Source: Octopus sinensis (taxonomy: Eukaryota). From it: a stretch of 64,000 nt of DNA. Below the pieces are notes generated by a model. That model was given only the letters and a program-made list of their open reading frames with translations, made no database searches and was not told where the DNA came from. Below, one piece after another: positions 25,500 to 38,599 of the stretch; positions within the stretch are counted from its first letter, which is position 1; every line of letters starts with the position of its first letter. Where the stretch lies: positions 43,462,001 to 43,526,000 of the forward strand of contig NC_043006.1 in NCBI RefSeq assembly GCF_006345805.1, in the 5' to 3' direction. The position numbers were made by a program, and so were the translations under genes.

Positions 25500-28400
25500 A
25501 TATATACATATAGACATATAAACACACATGCATACACATATATATGTTTGTGTATACATTTATATATATGTGTATGTGTGCATGTGGGATGTGCGCCCAG
25601 TATGAAGCTGGGGAGACCATCATTCAAATGAGGACTCAATACATGAGTTAGGTACAGCAGAGCTCATCCTTTCAATGAGTCCAGTGAAAGGGACTGGTCA
25701 TTATCACTATCATTGGATCTGTTGAAATAGATGAGTTATCTGTAAGGGTTTTCTTGCCACTAACATTATATATATATATGTATATATTTATATACACACA
25801 CACACATATACATATATATATTTATACATACACATATAAGTTTAGTAGACTCTGAAGAAGCTTAGGAATAAAAAACAATATATATATATATATACACATA
25901 TATATATACATATGTGTGTGTGTGTATGTATGTATTAGGGAAGTTGGCATGGAGTAAATAAAGATAAGTAAAAGAAATTCAAACTAAAACTCATGAAGAG
26001 AGAAAGAGAGAGTAAGTGTGTGAGAGAAAGTGGAGTGACTAAGAGGAAAAGGTGAAAGTCAAGGAAGATGCAAAAATGAATGGAGTCATGGAAAGAAATG
26101 ATGAAATTATCAAATCTGAAAACAAATATATAACTTAATATAAAAACTTATCAAAGTTTGTGAAATGCGAAAATCAGGATTAAGATTGATTTAATTTTTC
26201 TTTTTTGCTTTGTTTCATTTTGCAAATAACTTTTCTCTTTTTTACAAGATTTTTTAAAATAGTAAAAAAAATTTTTTTTTTTGATATAATATTTTTGCTC
26301 AAATGTTGAGGCCTTTGTGTCCCTTGTAAAAAATTTTTTTACCTTTTAAAAAGTTTACAAATTTGCAATGAAAAGCTAAGAAGCTAAAAGAGTCTTAGAA
26401 CTGATGGTATATAATTCTTTAGTTTTTCTGTTGTTGCTTTGGTTTTGGTTGTCTTGTAATTGGGTGGCGTTACTAATAGAAGCTGAAATTGCTTGGCACA
26501 TCACACAGAGAAGTTTGTAACATTAAGACAGTTAAGAATAAGAATGTAAAATAATTACATCTAAGAGTCGTTAAAACAAAAAAATTTTTAAAAAAGACGA
26601 AATATGTCACTTTGTTGAGGTTTATCTCGTTGACGATTTTTATTTTATTTTGTCCATTTCATTAACAAATATTGCAAATTACTTATATAAGCAGATAGGT
26701 GTATGTGTGTATGTAAATGTGTATATGTGTGTATGTATCCATACAAATATCTATGTATGTATGAGTGTGAGAATGTGTGTTGATACATATATGAGTGTAT
26801 GCGATTGTATGTATATATATATGTACACACACAAACACACACATATACATATATGAATATATCCACCTACACACACATATATATATGTATGTATGTATAT
26901 TCATATACATGTGTATATATATAATGAATATACATACACATGTGTGTGTGTCTGTGTGTGTATATATATATATATGCATAGATATATATGTATACATATA
27001 TATATAGATAGGTATACACACACACACAGACATACACAATATACATAGATGCACGTGTGTGTGTGATATAATTCAACTTTGATGAGAAAGAGTCTGAAGG
27101 AAAGTAATGAAGAAGGAACAGCAATTAGAAAGAGAGAGAGGGGGAGAGAGATGGAGGAAAAATATAATCAAGTTTCAAATAGAGATATACTTTAGATATA
27201 AAGCATCTTTAATCCTTTCTACAAATCATTTGGTTCATAAGAGACCTGTTGAAATATGTATAGAGCTAAGCTGAACTTATGAGGCTTACTTACTGTTAAG
27301 TATATTTACCATGTCCCAGTTTAACTAGGATAAAATTAAATTATTGAGACTGGAATTCTATTTAGAAATATGTGGAGAAAAAAAAAATTAATTAAGATTG
27401 CCTAATTGATTAAGAAATATTTTTAATATACTTTCAGGGTTGGTTTTGGGAAACAAAATCTGAAGAGAAGATAGAAAATATAGTTTAAACAGTAGCTGAT
27501 AATATTTCTGATACAAATTTGCTGAATCAAATCAATTTACATGATTTAGCAATACTTATCAAAAATATGAAGGTAAAAAAAACCAAAGTTATACATGTAT
27601 TTGTACTAGAATGAGATAAAATATAGCAGTTTTATATTAAATTTAATGTAAAGAATATAAAATAAAGACAAAACTATTTTGAAACTTTCTCTCAAGATTT
27701 CACATACTACTGAATATTATATCTGATTTTTAGATTTACTTTGAAGACTGATTAATTTAAATTACGAAGGAATTAATCGTACAATTAATTGCGTGTGACG
27801 GTCCAGGAAAAAAGGAGTAGTGATTGTAATTATAACCAAAACTTCCTTATGAAAGGGAAATGAGATTTAACTTTGAACAGCTTCAAAAACGAAGATGTTA
27901 GGTTGTAAATTCCTTAGGAACAAGACAAGCCAAGGGGAACATTGGCAAAACATAAAAGAACATTTTAAAGAAATTACAAGTATCCTGGCAAGTATAAAAC
28001 AGCAATTTATTGGAAGGTTCATAAAGCCAGTGTGACATCATCAAAGAAGGCATGACCTATATCAGAAAGCAATAGCTTAAGAAAGGGAAGAAAATAAGAA
28101 AACTAACCGACAGAGCAAGGAAATATAATCCAAGAGTTTGTGGGGAAATTTTACTTTGGTCATTTGAAAGATGATTTATATGAAAAATCAGTTACAGTCT
28201 TTTATATGTTAAGGACAGGAGAACTTTAGGATGTAATCTATATTCTTTATCTAAAAGAGAATAGAATATTCTTTGAATATGATGGAATTTTTCTTCTTTT
28301 TTTTTTCGGAACAAAATATAAATTACAATTCCATGTTATTTTTTATTTTTTATTTGTTGTCTGAATATTTGGAAAATAGAATAGAAAGAAAATAATTGAA

Positions 28401-28599
28401 TTTTGAGCAGTTTTAGTCAATGGCTTCTCTGCAAAGATATGTTGAATTGAGTCAGTGCCACTTTTGAAAAGAGGAGGGCATGGGCCTACTTCATCACCCC
28501 CACATCCAGCCTTAAGGAGCTTGAAGGTGGGATAGCAGAGTAACTCAAAACAAGGCACACTAAAACAGGAAAGTTCCATTTTAGCTATTCAAACACCAC

Positions 28600-29464
28600 C
28601 TTCTTGGAATATATATATATATATATACATACTCTCATATAAGTGTGTGCATACACATACAGAGAGATACAGATATATGTACTTACATACATACATACAC
28701 ATAGATATTGTGAGCATGTGTGTATCTTCAAAGTTATTTATATGAGTGAGTGTGTGTTTGTATGTATATATATATATATACATACATGTATGAGTATATA
28801 TACACATATACACACATATAAATGTGTGTATGTATGTATATGTGTGTGTGTGTGCATACTTATATTTATATGCACATACATATAAATGCATGTATATACA
28901 GCAACACACACATACACATATATATATATATAAGATATACATAACTCATATACATAATATATATATATATGGACACATTATATGAGTATTATATAAATTC
29001 ACATATTGTGCATTACATATATTAAATATATTGTTTGCATGATATATATATACTAAATCATATAAATTGATATATGTATATTTTATATTTTTATGCCTCC
29101 ACATATATATACATATATATACACACACACAAAAATATAGACAAACATGCAATGTACATAAGAAAATACACACAAACATGCATATATATATATATATAAT
29201 CATGTGTATATGTGTGTGTGCATGTGCGTATGCCTGCATGTGTGAGTAGGGCATGCACAAACGCACACTGGTTCATGCATGCTCACCTACATACATTCTC
29301 AGATATACTTATTTTTAAAAGTAAAAGACTGATAGTGACTTCAAAGTCTCAGCTCAGTGGCTTTTCTAAGAAACAAGAATCCAAACTATCAGTCTCTGTG
29401 AAAGTAAATGTGATAAGCTGCTTAAATCTACGGAGTGATCCTTCAATTAATGCATGATTCTGTA

Positions 29465-29517
<53 letters not shown>

Positions 29518-29585
29518 TTATATATATATATATTATACATGTACAAATATTTGTATAAATACATATGTGATACTATACATGTACC

Positions 29586-29637
<52 letters not shown>

Positions 29638-30370
29638 GATATATATGATTATATATGAGCATAGATATATACACATCCACAAAGATATTTTCATATATAT
29701 ATCACATGGACAAAAACATACCAGTACAAACATACATATTTATAATCTTTAAATACATGCTCTATACATAACACACTGTCATACACACACACACACGTGT
29801 ATATAACACACACATTTACATTCTCAGGTAAATACGTTTGTGTATGTATGTATATAAATATATATAATGCATATATGTGTATGTAAATATCCTAACACAC
29901 ATAATCACATACATATATATTGCATGGATATACATATATATATGAATACAAATACACACATTAAAATAAGTACACATGTACACATAAATATATTTCCATA
30001 TATACACACACACATCTACATTCATATACATATATTAATATATATTACAGATTTATTTATATATATATATTACACATTTATATATATATATACACACACA
30101 TAATGCATATGTTTGTATATACAATATGCAATATGTGGTGTATATATACATACACACACACTATATATATATATATGTATTTATACTGTTATATATTGCA
30201 TACATAATGTGTGTGAATATATATTCACACACACACACACATACTTATATATACACATACATATATAGACATATATATATACACACACATACATGCACAC
30301 AGATATATTTATATATATACATATATAGACACACATATATATACACATATATGCATGCATACATATCTGA

Positions 30371-30405
<35 letters not shown>

Positions 30406-30470
30406 TGTATATACACACATATATACATACACACTCCTATATATATAAATATATATATATATGTGTATGC
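28600..30470. repeat. Extended compound TA/CA/TG microsatellite field with short unique islands
   Basis: Directly visible. Confidence 0.9.
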
Positions 30471-31639
30471 AAACCATGAGAGAGACAAAGGAGGGAAAAG
30501 GGAGTGAGCTTAATAGCTTTGTCCAGAAAAGAGGGCATTCATTTCCTTCTTGCAACAGATTAAAGATATTTTGTAGCAACAGGTTCATTTCAAGTGGCAG
30601 TCGTTAGTTGTGGAATTTGGTATGAGGACCTGTACGACCTGAGCGCAAGAGGAAGGGCAGTGAATTATGGGCTGTATCCGAGTCACCTCACAGGAATCAT
30701 GAGATCACCTTCAACCATGTTTAAAACAGCAAATGAGAGAGAGAAAGAGAGAGTACATAGGTTGAGGGGAAAAAATTCTGGTCTGATATAAACAATAAAG
30801 CTGGCATGGAACTACTGGAAGTTACTGTGATTAGGCTGAGAATCAGTTAAATACATTATGTAATGATCAAGTATATGATGAAAATTTAATGATAAAATTG
30901 AAAGCTGTGTAGAAAGCGAGTAATATATTTAGGAATTCAGAGAAGTCATTGAGAGACACATGACTGAATAATTCAACCTTACTTATCAAGTACACTCAAA
31001 TATATGTGTATATATATATATATATTTTACCAATTTTTACCCAGGTACTTTGAAAAATGTTTTCATATTTTTTTGCAGTTACCTCCCTTAGATAACATTT
31101 TTTTTGTTAGTTTTTTTTATTTTTAATTAGTTAGAAACTTGGCTTTGACAGGATGAATAAATAGTATGGAAGGACAAAAGTGCAAAAGTATTGTAACTAC
31201 TAGCAGCTTGCAAAGGATTTCACTATGTCAGCATTGATGAGGAGGATTGGCTGTAAATATTGAGTTACCACTTGCTCCAAACAGCAAGTTGCAGCAACCG
31301 TTAATCAAATTAATCAGGGTGTTTAACACTTTGAGGAGGAGTTTTGAAGCATAAATAGTAGACTGTTAAAATAAATGCATTATTAGCCCAGCAAAGTAGA
31401 ACTTTTAAGAACTGTCTCAAGAGAAGTAAAGAAAATTCCTTAATAATAATAATAATAATAATAATCTTTTACAAAAGCATGATGCTTAAAATTTTTAGGG
31501 AAGGGAAAATGGGAACTTGTAACATTCATGCTTTTCTCAAACATTAGATACATAGAAGTAAAGCTGCTCCAACTTCCAGCTGGAAATGGATCTTGGGCCT
31601 GGTTTTACTGAGAAAGTTGGTGACTGCATAATAATTAGT

Positions 31640-31684
<45 letters not shown>

Positions 31685-33048
31685 TGGTAAAATATTATCT
31701 GGAACTGTCCTGACTGGATATACATTTTTTTTTCTTAATAATTCCAACAAATATTTCTTTAAGGATCTCTGCCCAATATATGCCTGGCTGCTTTGTTTCA
31801 CTAATATTTAATTCAACAACAACAATAATGATAATAATAATCATAACAACCATCTTTCATTATAAATCACTAGATACAGCTCACATGATAACCTAGGTGT
31901 GTTACTGTCATCAACATTAACAATATAAAAAAAAATTAGATCATCATGTTATTTTTTTTTTGTTTTTGTTTTTTTTAATATAATTTAAGTATTTAAATAT
32001 TTTGAGAAGTTTGCACAGAATTCAAACTTAAGAGGGAAGAGAAAAATATATTGCAAAAAAAAAAAACAAAAAACAAACAATTGCCCATATCCTTTCTTTA
32101 AAAGATAATTTGTAAGAACTTGTATATATTCATTGTTGATGTTAATACGACTTGTTAACGCTAAAATGTTAAATTTTCTTCTTTTCTTTCTTCGTTCTGC
32201 ATTAAGTGGCTCTTATCACTTATTTACTGATGGAAGATAATTATTTCACATCATGTATTTTTTTTTTTTTTTTTGCCAGTATTTCGTCAAATATGTCATT
32301 ATTTTCCTTTCCATTTCAAATCAACTTTTAAAATAATTTCAAACTAAATATGATGATGCTTGGAAAATGAAGAACATGTATATATACATATATATGTGTG
32401 TGTGTATATGTATATATATATATTATATATATATAACACATACACGTATATGCATATATATATATGTGTGCATATATGTACTGAAGGGGAGTGGAAGATG
32501 GTAAAAAGGGGTTGAAGGGTGGTTAGAAACAAAGGGGGGGGGGGTGAGAGAGGGCCAGTTATTGTAAGGGTGGGAACAACTGGAAAACAAGGGAAAGCTA
32601 ACAGCTTTGAGCACTGTTCCTCTGGAATACCAAAATCTTTCCAGAGAAACAAAAACAAACAAGAACAAAAATATGGTTTGAAGGCAAAAAAAAAGCAAAA
32701 AAGAGTAATAGTAGTATTAGCACTAGTAGAACCAATAAAAATACTTTTTTTTCTTTTTCTTTCTTTCACTAATACTTTTCTTCTATTGTAAAAAAACCCA
32801 AAACACCAACTAAAAATACAAATGAAAGAAAAATCTAACACTGAGTAAAAATTGATCAATTGATCACCAATACAGGGGGCTATATATGTGAATCAGTTTT
32901 ATGGATAATATTGATTAGTCATGATGGTGGTGGCTAGTTGTTTTAGCTCTGGTCACAGTGACTGAACATTTAAAAATATATATTGAAAGATGAAGAGGAT
33001 TTTCCTCAATTGGGATTAAATGTATACCACATTTAACTTTATAATATG

Positions 33049-33087
<39 letters not shown>

Positions 33088-33201
33088 CATTTAACTTCAT
33101 ATATATATATATATGTATGTGTGCCTGTGTATGTATGTATATATATGTGTGTGTGTGTATATATATGCATGCCTGTGTATATATTTGCATATATACACAT
33201 G

Positions 33202-33235
<34 letters not shown>

Positions 33236-33236
<1 letters not shown>

Positions 33237-33320
33237 CATCACCATTTAACGTCCACCTTCCATGCTGACATGGGTTAGATGGTTTGATAGAAAGTGGCAA
33301 ATCAGAGGGCTGCACCGAAC
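33236..33320 (-). mobile_element. Short RTE 3' tail, the only clear TE in the putative UTR
   Basis: atcatcaccatttaacgtccaccttccatgctgacatgggttagatgg. Confidence 0.75.
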
Positions 33321-34518
33321 TCTACTATATATATATGTATATATATATATATATGAATATATATATATATGTATATATATATACACACACACACACATAT
33401 GTACATAGACATAGTGTTGTATACATTTGTGGAGCAAATGAAGGCTATATTTTAGTGAATATATATTCTCAAGAGCTGTGAGATGCTGACTTTGAAAAAT
33501 CCTATGCGGTGCAGAAAACCTAAACAGTTGAAATTAAGGAGAGAGTGAAAGAATTCTGGGGGGCAGTAAGCAATCGTGTGAATATGAACTCCACCAACTC
33601 CAAGAAATAAATCTAAGGATTTACTTTGATGAAAGGCAGGAGGGGAGGGGGGGTAGGGTATATAAAAAAAAAATATACAGGACAAATAATGAGCATGAAG
33701 GGTAAACAAAAATTAAATGAAAATTAAAACACATAAAATGTAGACAAATCTTAACATACATATTCTTTTTTTCATTATTTAAAAGAAAAGAAAAAACACA
33801 GAAAAAAAACAAGAAAAACTGGGTCAGGAAAAACATTTATTTTGTAAAACATTAAAATTTAGCGCAATAAGGGTTAGTAAATATTTTAGCGTGGTTGTGG
33901 TAAGAGTAAGGAGCATTTGTAGGTTTTTTTTTTTCCTAGGTTTTCGGTTTTATTATTTTTTCTTTTTATGCACATGATTTATTTTTTTGTTGCTTGTATT
34001 TTATCTTGTGTCAGAGGCAGAGGTGGGGAAGGGTTGGTGGGGGGTGGGAGGGTTTACTTAGAGTAATAAGATTAGTTAAATGTTCTTCTTTTTTTTTTGA
34101 AAGGTAACAAAAGAAATAAAGCAGAGGAGACAGGGAGAGACAGTCAATTATTGAACAACCAAATTGCCTTGCTTCAAATTCCAAGACACAACTTAAAGAT
34201 TACAAAAAAAAAAAACCCAAAAAAAAACAAAGTCTGTCTGTCTGTCTTCTATAATATTTGAAGAAGATAAATAGATGCTGGAAGTGTTCGGTGGACATTT
34301 GTAATATATAATATTATCATCACTGAATGCCTTTTCATAGCACACAGTTTTCAAATAATTCACTAATAGCAAAGATATTCTTAAAAAGAACGATAAGAGG
34401 GAAGTGATAAGCTATGCCGGACTGGCAACAGAGTGGTGGTGGTGGTGTTGGAGGTGGTGGCGGCGGCGGTGGTGGTGGTGGTGGTGAAGAGAAATATGGG
34501 TAACCGGACAAGAAAGTA

Positions 34519-34560
<42 letters not shown>

Positions 34561-35180
34561 GTATTAAATTAAAAAAATAAAAACAAATGAACAACAACGA
34601 AAAAAAAGACAGGTGGGAAAAGGGAAGATGGCAGTTTAAATTGTCCTCAGGAAAATAAGATGACTATATTATGGAATTATAGATCATTGACTTGTCTAAT
34701 GAAAAGTTATTGGTTTTGGATTTCAGACACAGGTTATCAGCAACTGGAGTTTGGGTTAGAATAGGTATGGGCCTAAAAGACTTTAAAAAGGCAGATTCTT
34801 GCCATTGTGATAAAGTAGGCATACCATATTTGTGTGTGTATGTGTGAGTTTGACACACACACGCTTATACATAGCTACATACATATATATCCATACACCA
34901 GTATATATGTGGCTATATGTGTATATACATAAAAATGTATACATAAATGTAAAATACATAAATATACATATTAAAACACATGCACACAAATACAGACATT
35001 TTCATGTATGTATATATATATATATACATAAATATATATATATACATATATTCATGTGCATGTATGGATGTGTCCATGTTGTGTAAGTATGTGTGTGTGT
35101 GCATGTGTGAATGTTTATGTGTGTGAGTGTTTATGTGTGTGTGTGTGTGTGTTAAAGTTGCTGTCTCAGTTGTGTCCAGT

Positions 35181-35264
35181 TCACCAGTTGGTCAAACCAG
35201 GTCTGTTTAAAGTCATGAAGTATATTTGGCAAGATGAGCCAGACCGCACGGATGAGAAGAAAAC
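35181..35264 (-). CDS. msn: misshapen/MAP4K4-family terminal coding exon (VFFSSVRSGSSCQIYFMTLNRPGLTNW*)
   Basis: Acceptor ttcttatcatttcag. 84 nt ending in TGA at 35183-35181. Matches the family C-terminus VFF.S...S.Q.YFMTL.....W*. Confidence 0.97.
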   Translation of the reverse strand, partial: VFFSSVRSGSSCQIYFMTLNRPGLTNW

Positions 35265-35370
35265 CTGAAATGATAAGAATAAAACAAAAACAACTTTAGT
35301 GTTTAGCTCATCAGAAAATACACATTTACTACTATTTCAATCCTAGCCCTACTATAAACATGCAAAGGAT

Positions 35371-36139
35371 TCATCATCGTTTAACGTCTGTTTTCCATGC
35401 TGGCATGGGTTGGATGGTTCGACCGGGTTCTAGGAAAGCAGATGGCTGTACCAGGCTCCAGTCTGATCTGGCAGTGTTTCTACAGCTGGATGCCTTTCCT
35501 AACACCAACCACTCCGTGAGTGTAGTGGGTGCATTTTACGTGCCACCGGCACAGGTGCCAAGGGAGGCTGGCAACGGCCACAACCGGTTAGTGCTTTTTA
35601 TGTGCCACCAGCACGAAAGCCAGTCAAGGCAGCGCTGGCATCGGCCATGTTCGGATGGTGCTTTTTGTGCGCCACCGGCACGGGTATCACAACTACAATT
35701 TCCATTTGATTTTTATTTTGATGTACTTGACTCCATAGGTCTCCTCAAGCACAGCAGGTCGCCCTATGATTCAAGGTAAGCACAGCAGGCTGTCCTGCGG
35801 CCCAAAGTACTTTGGATGGGCTGGGGCTGCTATGTGAAGCTGGTGCAGGAAACAGCCATGAACTCACGCTATTTGTTGGGTCTTCGCAGTTATAGCATAT
35901 CTCCAGAGGTCTCGGTCTTTTGTCATTGCCTCTGTGAGGCTCAATGTTCGAAGGTCATGCTTGACCACCTCATCTCATGTCTTCTCATGATTCCTTCAAC
36001 TGTTTGGGAGTGGTACTTCTTCACACATCTCTCCTCATCCATCCGTAGTACATGACTATACCAGTGCAAGCGTCTCTCTTGCACGCCACATCCGATGCTT
36101 CTTATATCCAGCATTTCTCTCAGGGCGCTTACACTCTGT
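35371..36139 (-). mobile_element. 5'-truncated RTE-clade LINE: ORF C-terminus (36139-35864) plus 3' UTR ending gttaaacgatgatga
   Basis: ERRLHWYSHVLRMDEERCVKK...VVKHDLRTLSLTEAMTKDRDLWRYAITAKTQQIA* is an RTE C-terminus. It identifies the abundant GAT-tailed repeat as this LINE's UTR. Confidence 0.9.
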
Positions 36140-36790
36140 CGGGAGAAATGCTAAGTGGTATTTTGTCTGTCACTATGTTCTAAATTCAATTTCTGCCAAG
36201 GTTGAGTTTGCCTTTCATCCTTTCAGGGTCGATAAATTAAGTGCCAGTGAAACACTGGGGCTCGGTGTAATTGACTAGTTCCCTCCCCCAAAATTTCAGG
36301 CCTTGTGTAGAAAGGATAATTATTATTATTATTAATTGTTAGCACCTTGGGAGAAATGCTTAGAGGTATTTTGTCTGTCGCTACATTCTGAGTTCAATTT
36401 CCGATGAGGTTGACTATACATTTCATCCTTTCAGGGTCAATAAATTAAGTACCAGCGATATAGTAGAAAGGTTGATTATTATTATTGTTATATGGTGACA
36501 AGCTGGAAGAGTCATTAACATGCTTGGCAAAATGCTTTGCAGCATTTCACCTGTCTCTACGCTCTGTGAGGTTTACTTTACTTTCCACTCTTTTGGGGTT
36601 GAGAAGATAAGTGCCAGTTGCACACTGGGATCCAATGTAATTAACTGAACCCCTTCCACCAATTTTCAGGTCTTGTGCCCATAACAGAAAGGATTATTAT
36701 CACTGGGTTCAAAATTCACCAATGTCAACTTCGCCTTTCATCCTTTTTGGGATCAATACAATAAGTATCAGTTGAACACTGGGGCTGATA
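36140..36790 (+). mobile_element. Stack of four head-to-tail SINE D copies separated by (ATT)n tails
   Basis: cctttcatcctttcagggtc-type core recurs at ~36210, 36420, 36580 and 36735. Confidence 0.75.
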
Positions 36791-37044
36791 CAAAGGAGAC
36801 AACCCCTTTCGTTCTGTCAGGAAATTTGATGTAGTGGAAAAATAGTCAATTTCAGTATAAATCTTGACAGGGCATAAGCTTATAATATAAAGTTTTAAAT
36901 TCAAATAATATTCGAATGTTAATATTATTGGGTTCTAAGATCATACAACACAAACTTTCTTTGAGAAGATTCTATTTAACCTTTTTAATGCTAAAAAGTA
37001 TCTTAGACCACCCTAGGTTTTATGGCACAAACTTCCTGTTTTAA

Positions 37045-37679
37045 CCCTTTTGATACCATTCCAGCTGAAACCAGCTCTGGCTCTGTCGTACAAATGTCTT
37101 GTTTTCAAATGTTCTAAATTAAAATCTTCCACTAAACCTAAGTCACAATTTATGTTCTTAACACTAGCTTAATGATAACTAAGTTATTTTATTAAATTCT
37201 TTGTTATATTTAAAATCAATTGAAAGGAAAACAGAGCATCTCAACAGAAATATAGTAACAAAAGGGTTAAAATATATAATAGAGAAACAGTTCTTAACTC
37301 TTTTGATACCAACCCAGTTGAAACTGCCTCTGTAGTACAAATGAATTGTTTTCATAAGTTTTTGAATTAAAATCTACCACCAAATCTTAATCGCAATTTA
37401 TGTTCTTAACACTAGCTTAACGATAACAAAGTTATTTTACTAAATTCTTTCTTATATTTAAAATTAATTGAAAGAAACACAGAACATCTCAACAGAAATA
37501 TGATAACAAAAAGGTTAAAGTGATATAAAAATTAAAACTTGCTATCAAAATTTCTTGTTAATCCATGTTCCACACATAAGAGTAACAATGACAAAATTAT
37601 TTCATTAAATTATCCATTATTTTCTAAATTAATTGAAAGAAAAGCAGTGTGGTTCAAGATAAAAATGGTAACAAAAGGG
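37045..37679. mobile_element. Two tandem piggyBac-type MITEs (37045-37266 and 37298-37514) plus a partial third ending at 37679
   Basis: Same family as 22377, in opposite orientation. TTAA flanks. Confidence 0.8.
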
Positions 37680-37728
37680 TTAAAAGAATTAACACTGGAT
37701 TTTTAAAAAATAGCAAAATAATATTTAC

Positions 37729-37868
37729 CTTATCATTGCGTTCACACAAAAATTTGAGTTTTTGGGCTTTTTTGTGCATAAAAACTCCATTCAAGTGGCC
37801 CGTGTCTGCTGCTCTGATCTCAATAGCTTTATTTCCCCAACCCATAATCTGACCAGTACTGATGTAGG
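37729..37868 (-). CDS. msn: misshapen/MAP4K4-family penultimate exon ([47 protein letters not shown])
   Basis: Acceptor ttttaactatttcag, donor gtaaat. 140 nt, phase 1 to 0. QIMGWG.KAIEIR and [18 protein letters not shown] are diagnostic. Lies within supplied ORF 37654..37941. Confidence 0.97.
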
Positions 37869-38599
37869 CTGAAATAGTTAAAAAAAACAGAATAGAATTA
37901 TATGGAGAGTTGTTGTACCCACTGTCAGTACAGCCACACATCTATATTCTGGAAATGATGCTAGTGAAATGGTCACCTTATCAGGGAAACCTTTCAAAGG
38001 AACATCAGTTATTTTATCGGATGTTGTGACTGCTCACAATTTTACTTGTGTTAAATATGAAAAGAAACACTGGACTTTAAAAAACAATAAAAAAGGGAGA
38101 GAAAAAAAAAGAAAATATGAAAAACAAAACAAAACAAACAGAAGCTGCAATGGGTATTTGTTGTATTGCAGTAGAAACTGAGATAGTGTGTGTATCAGAA
38201 GCATAGTCAGGTTCTAAAGTTAGTGGGAGTGACCACACAAGAAAAAAGTGCTGTGACACATACCAAACAATTTTTAACTCAGTTCTCTTATATTATGCAA
38301 AACATTTCATTAGTTATAATATATATAATTCTATTCTACATTCATTAATTTCATGTTTTAGTAACAAAGCTATTATAACTACTGATGTAAATAACAAAAG
38401 AGTTTTTTAAAAATTGTTGAAAAGGCACAAAATTTTTTTAAAAACCTGTCAATTTCTAGCATTGATATAATTAAATGCTCCTCTTATAAATATCTGGTCT
38501 GGTGCCTATGGTAAAAATCAATACGTTATTACAATAGTTGTTTTTTTTTTCTTAACTAAGGAATCTCAAAGATTCTTTGTCTTGCAAAATTACTTAGTG

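Larger units (their letters stand above)
23210..35180 (-). other. Putative long 3' UTR of msn (true end unknown)
   Basis: Directly follows the stop codon. Nearly free of interspersed repeats, U-rich on the minus strand, unique patches between microsatellites. No poly(A) site can be assigned. Confidence 0.45.

Noticed and set aside
25664-25718. Minus-strand acceptor followed by SNDSDNDQSLSLDSLKG* as an alternative msn last exon (similar case near 29390)
   Set aside because: The phase is incompatible with the phase-0 donor at 37729, and there is no homology.
34412-34495. Plus-strand first exon MPDWQQSGGGG...EEKYG
   Set aside because: Mostly a (GGT)n microsatellite with a weak donor, no partner exons, and antisense to the msn UTR.
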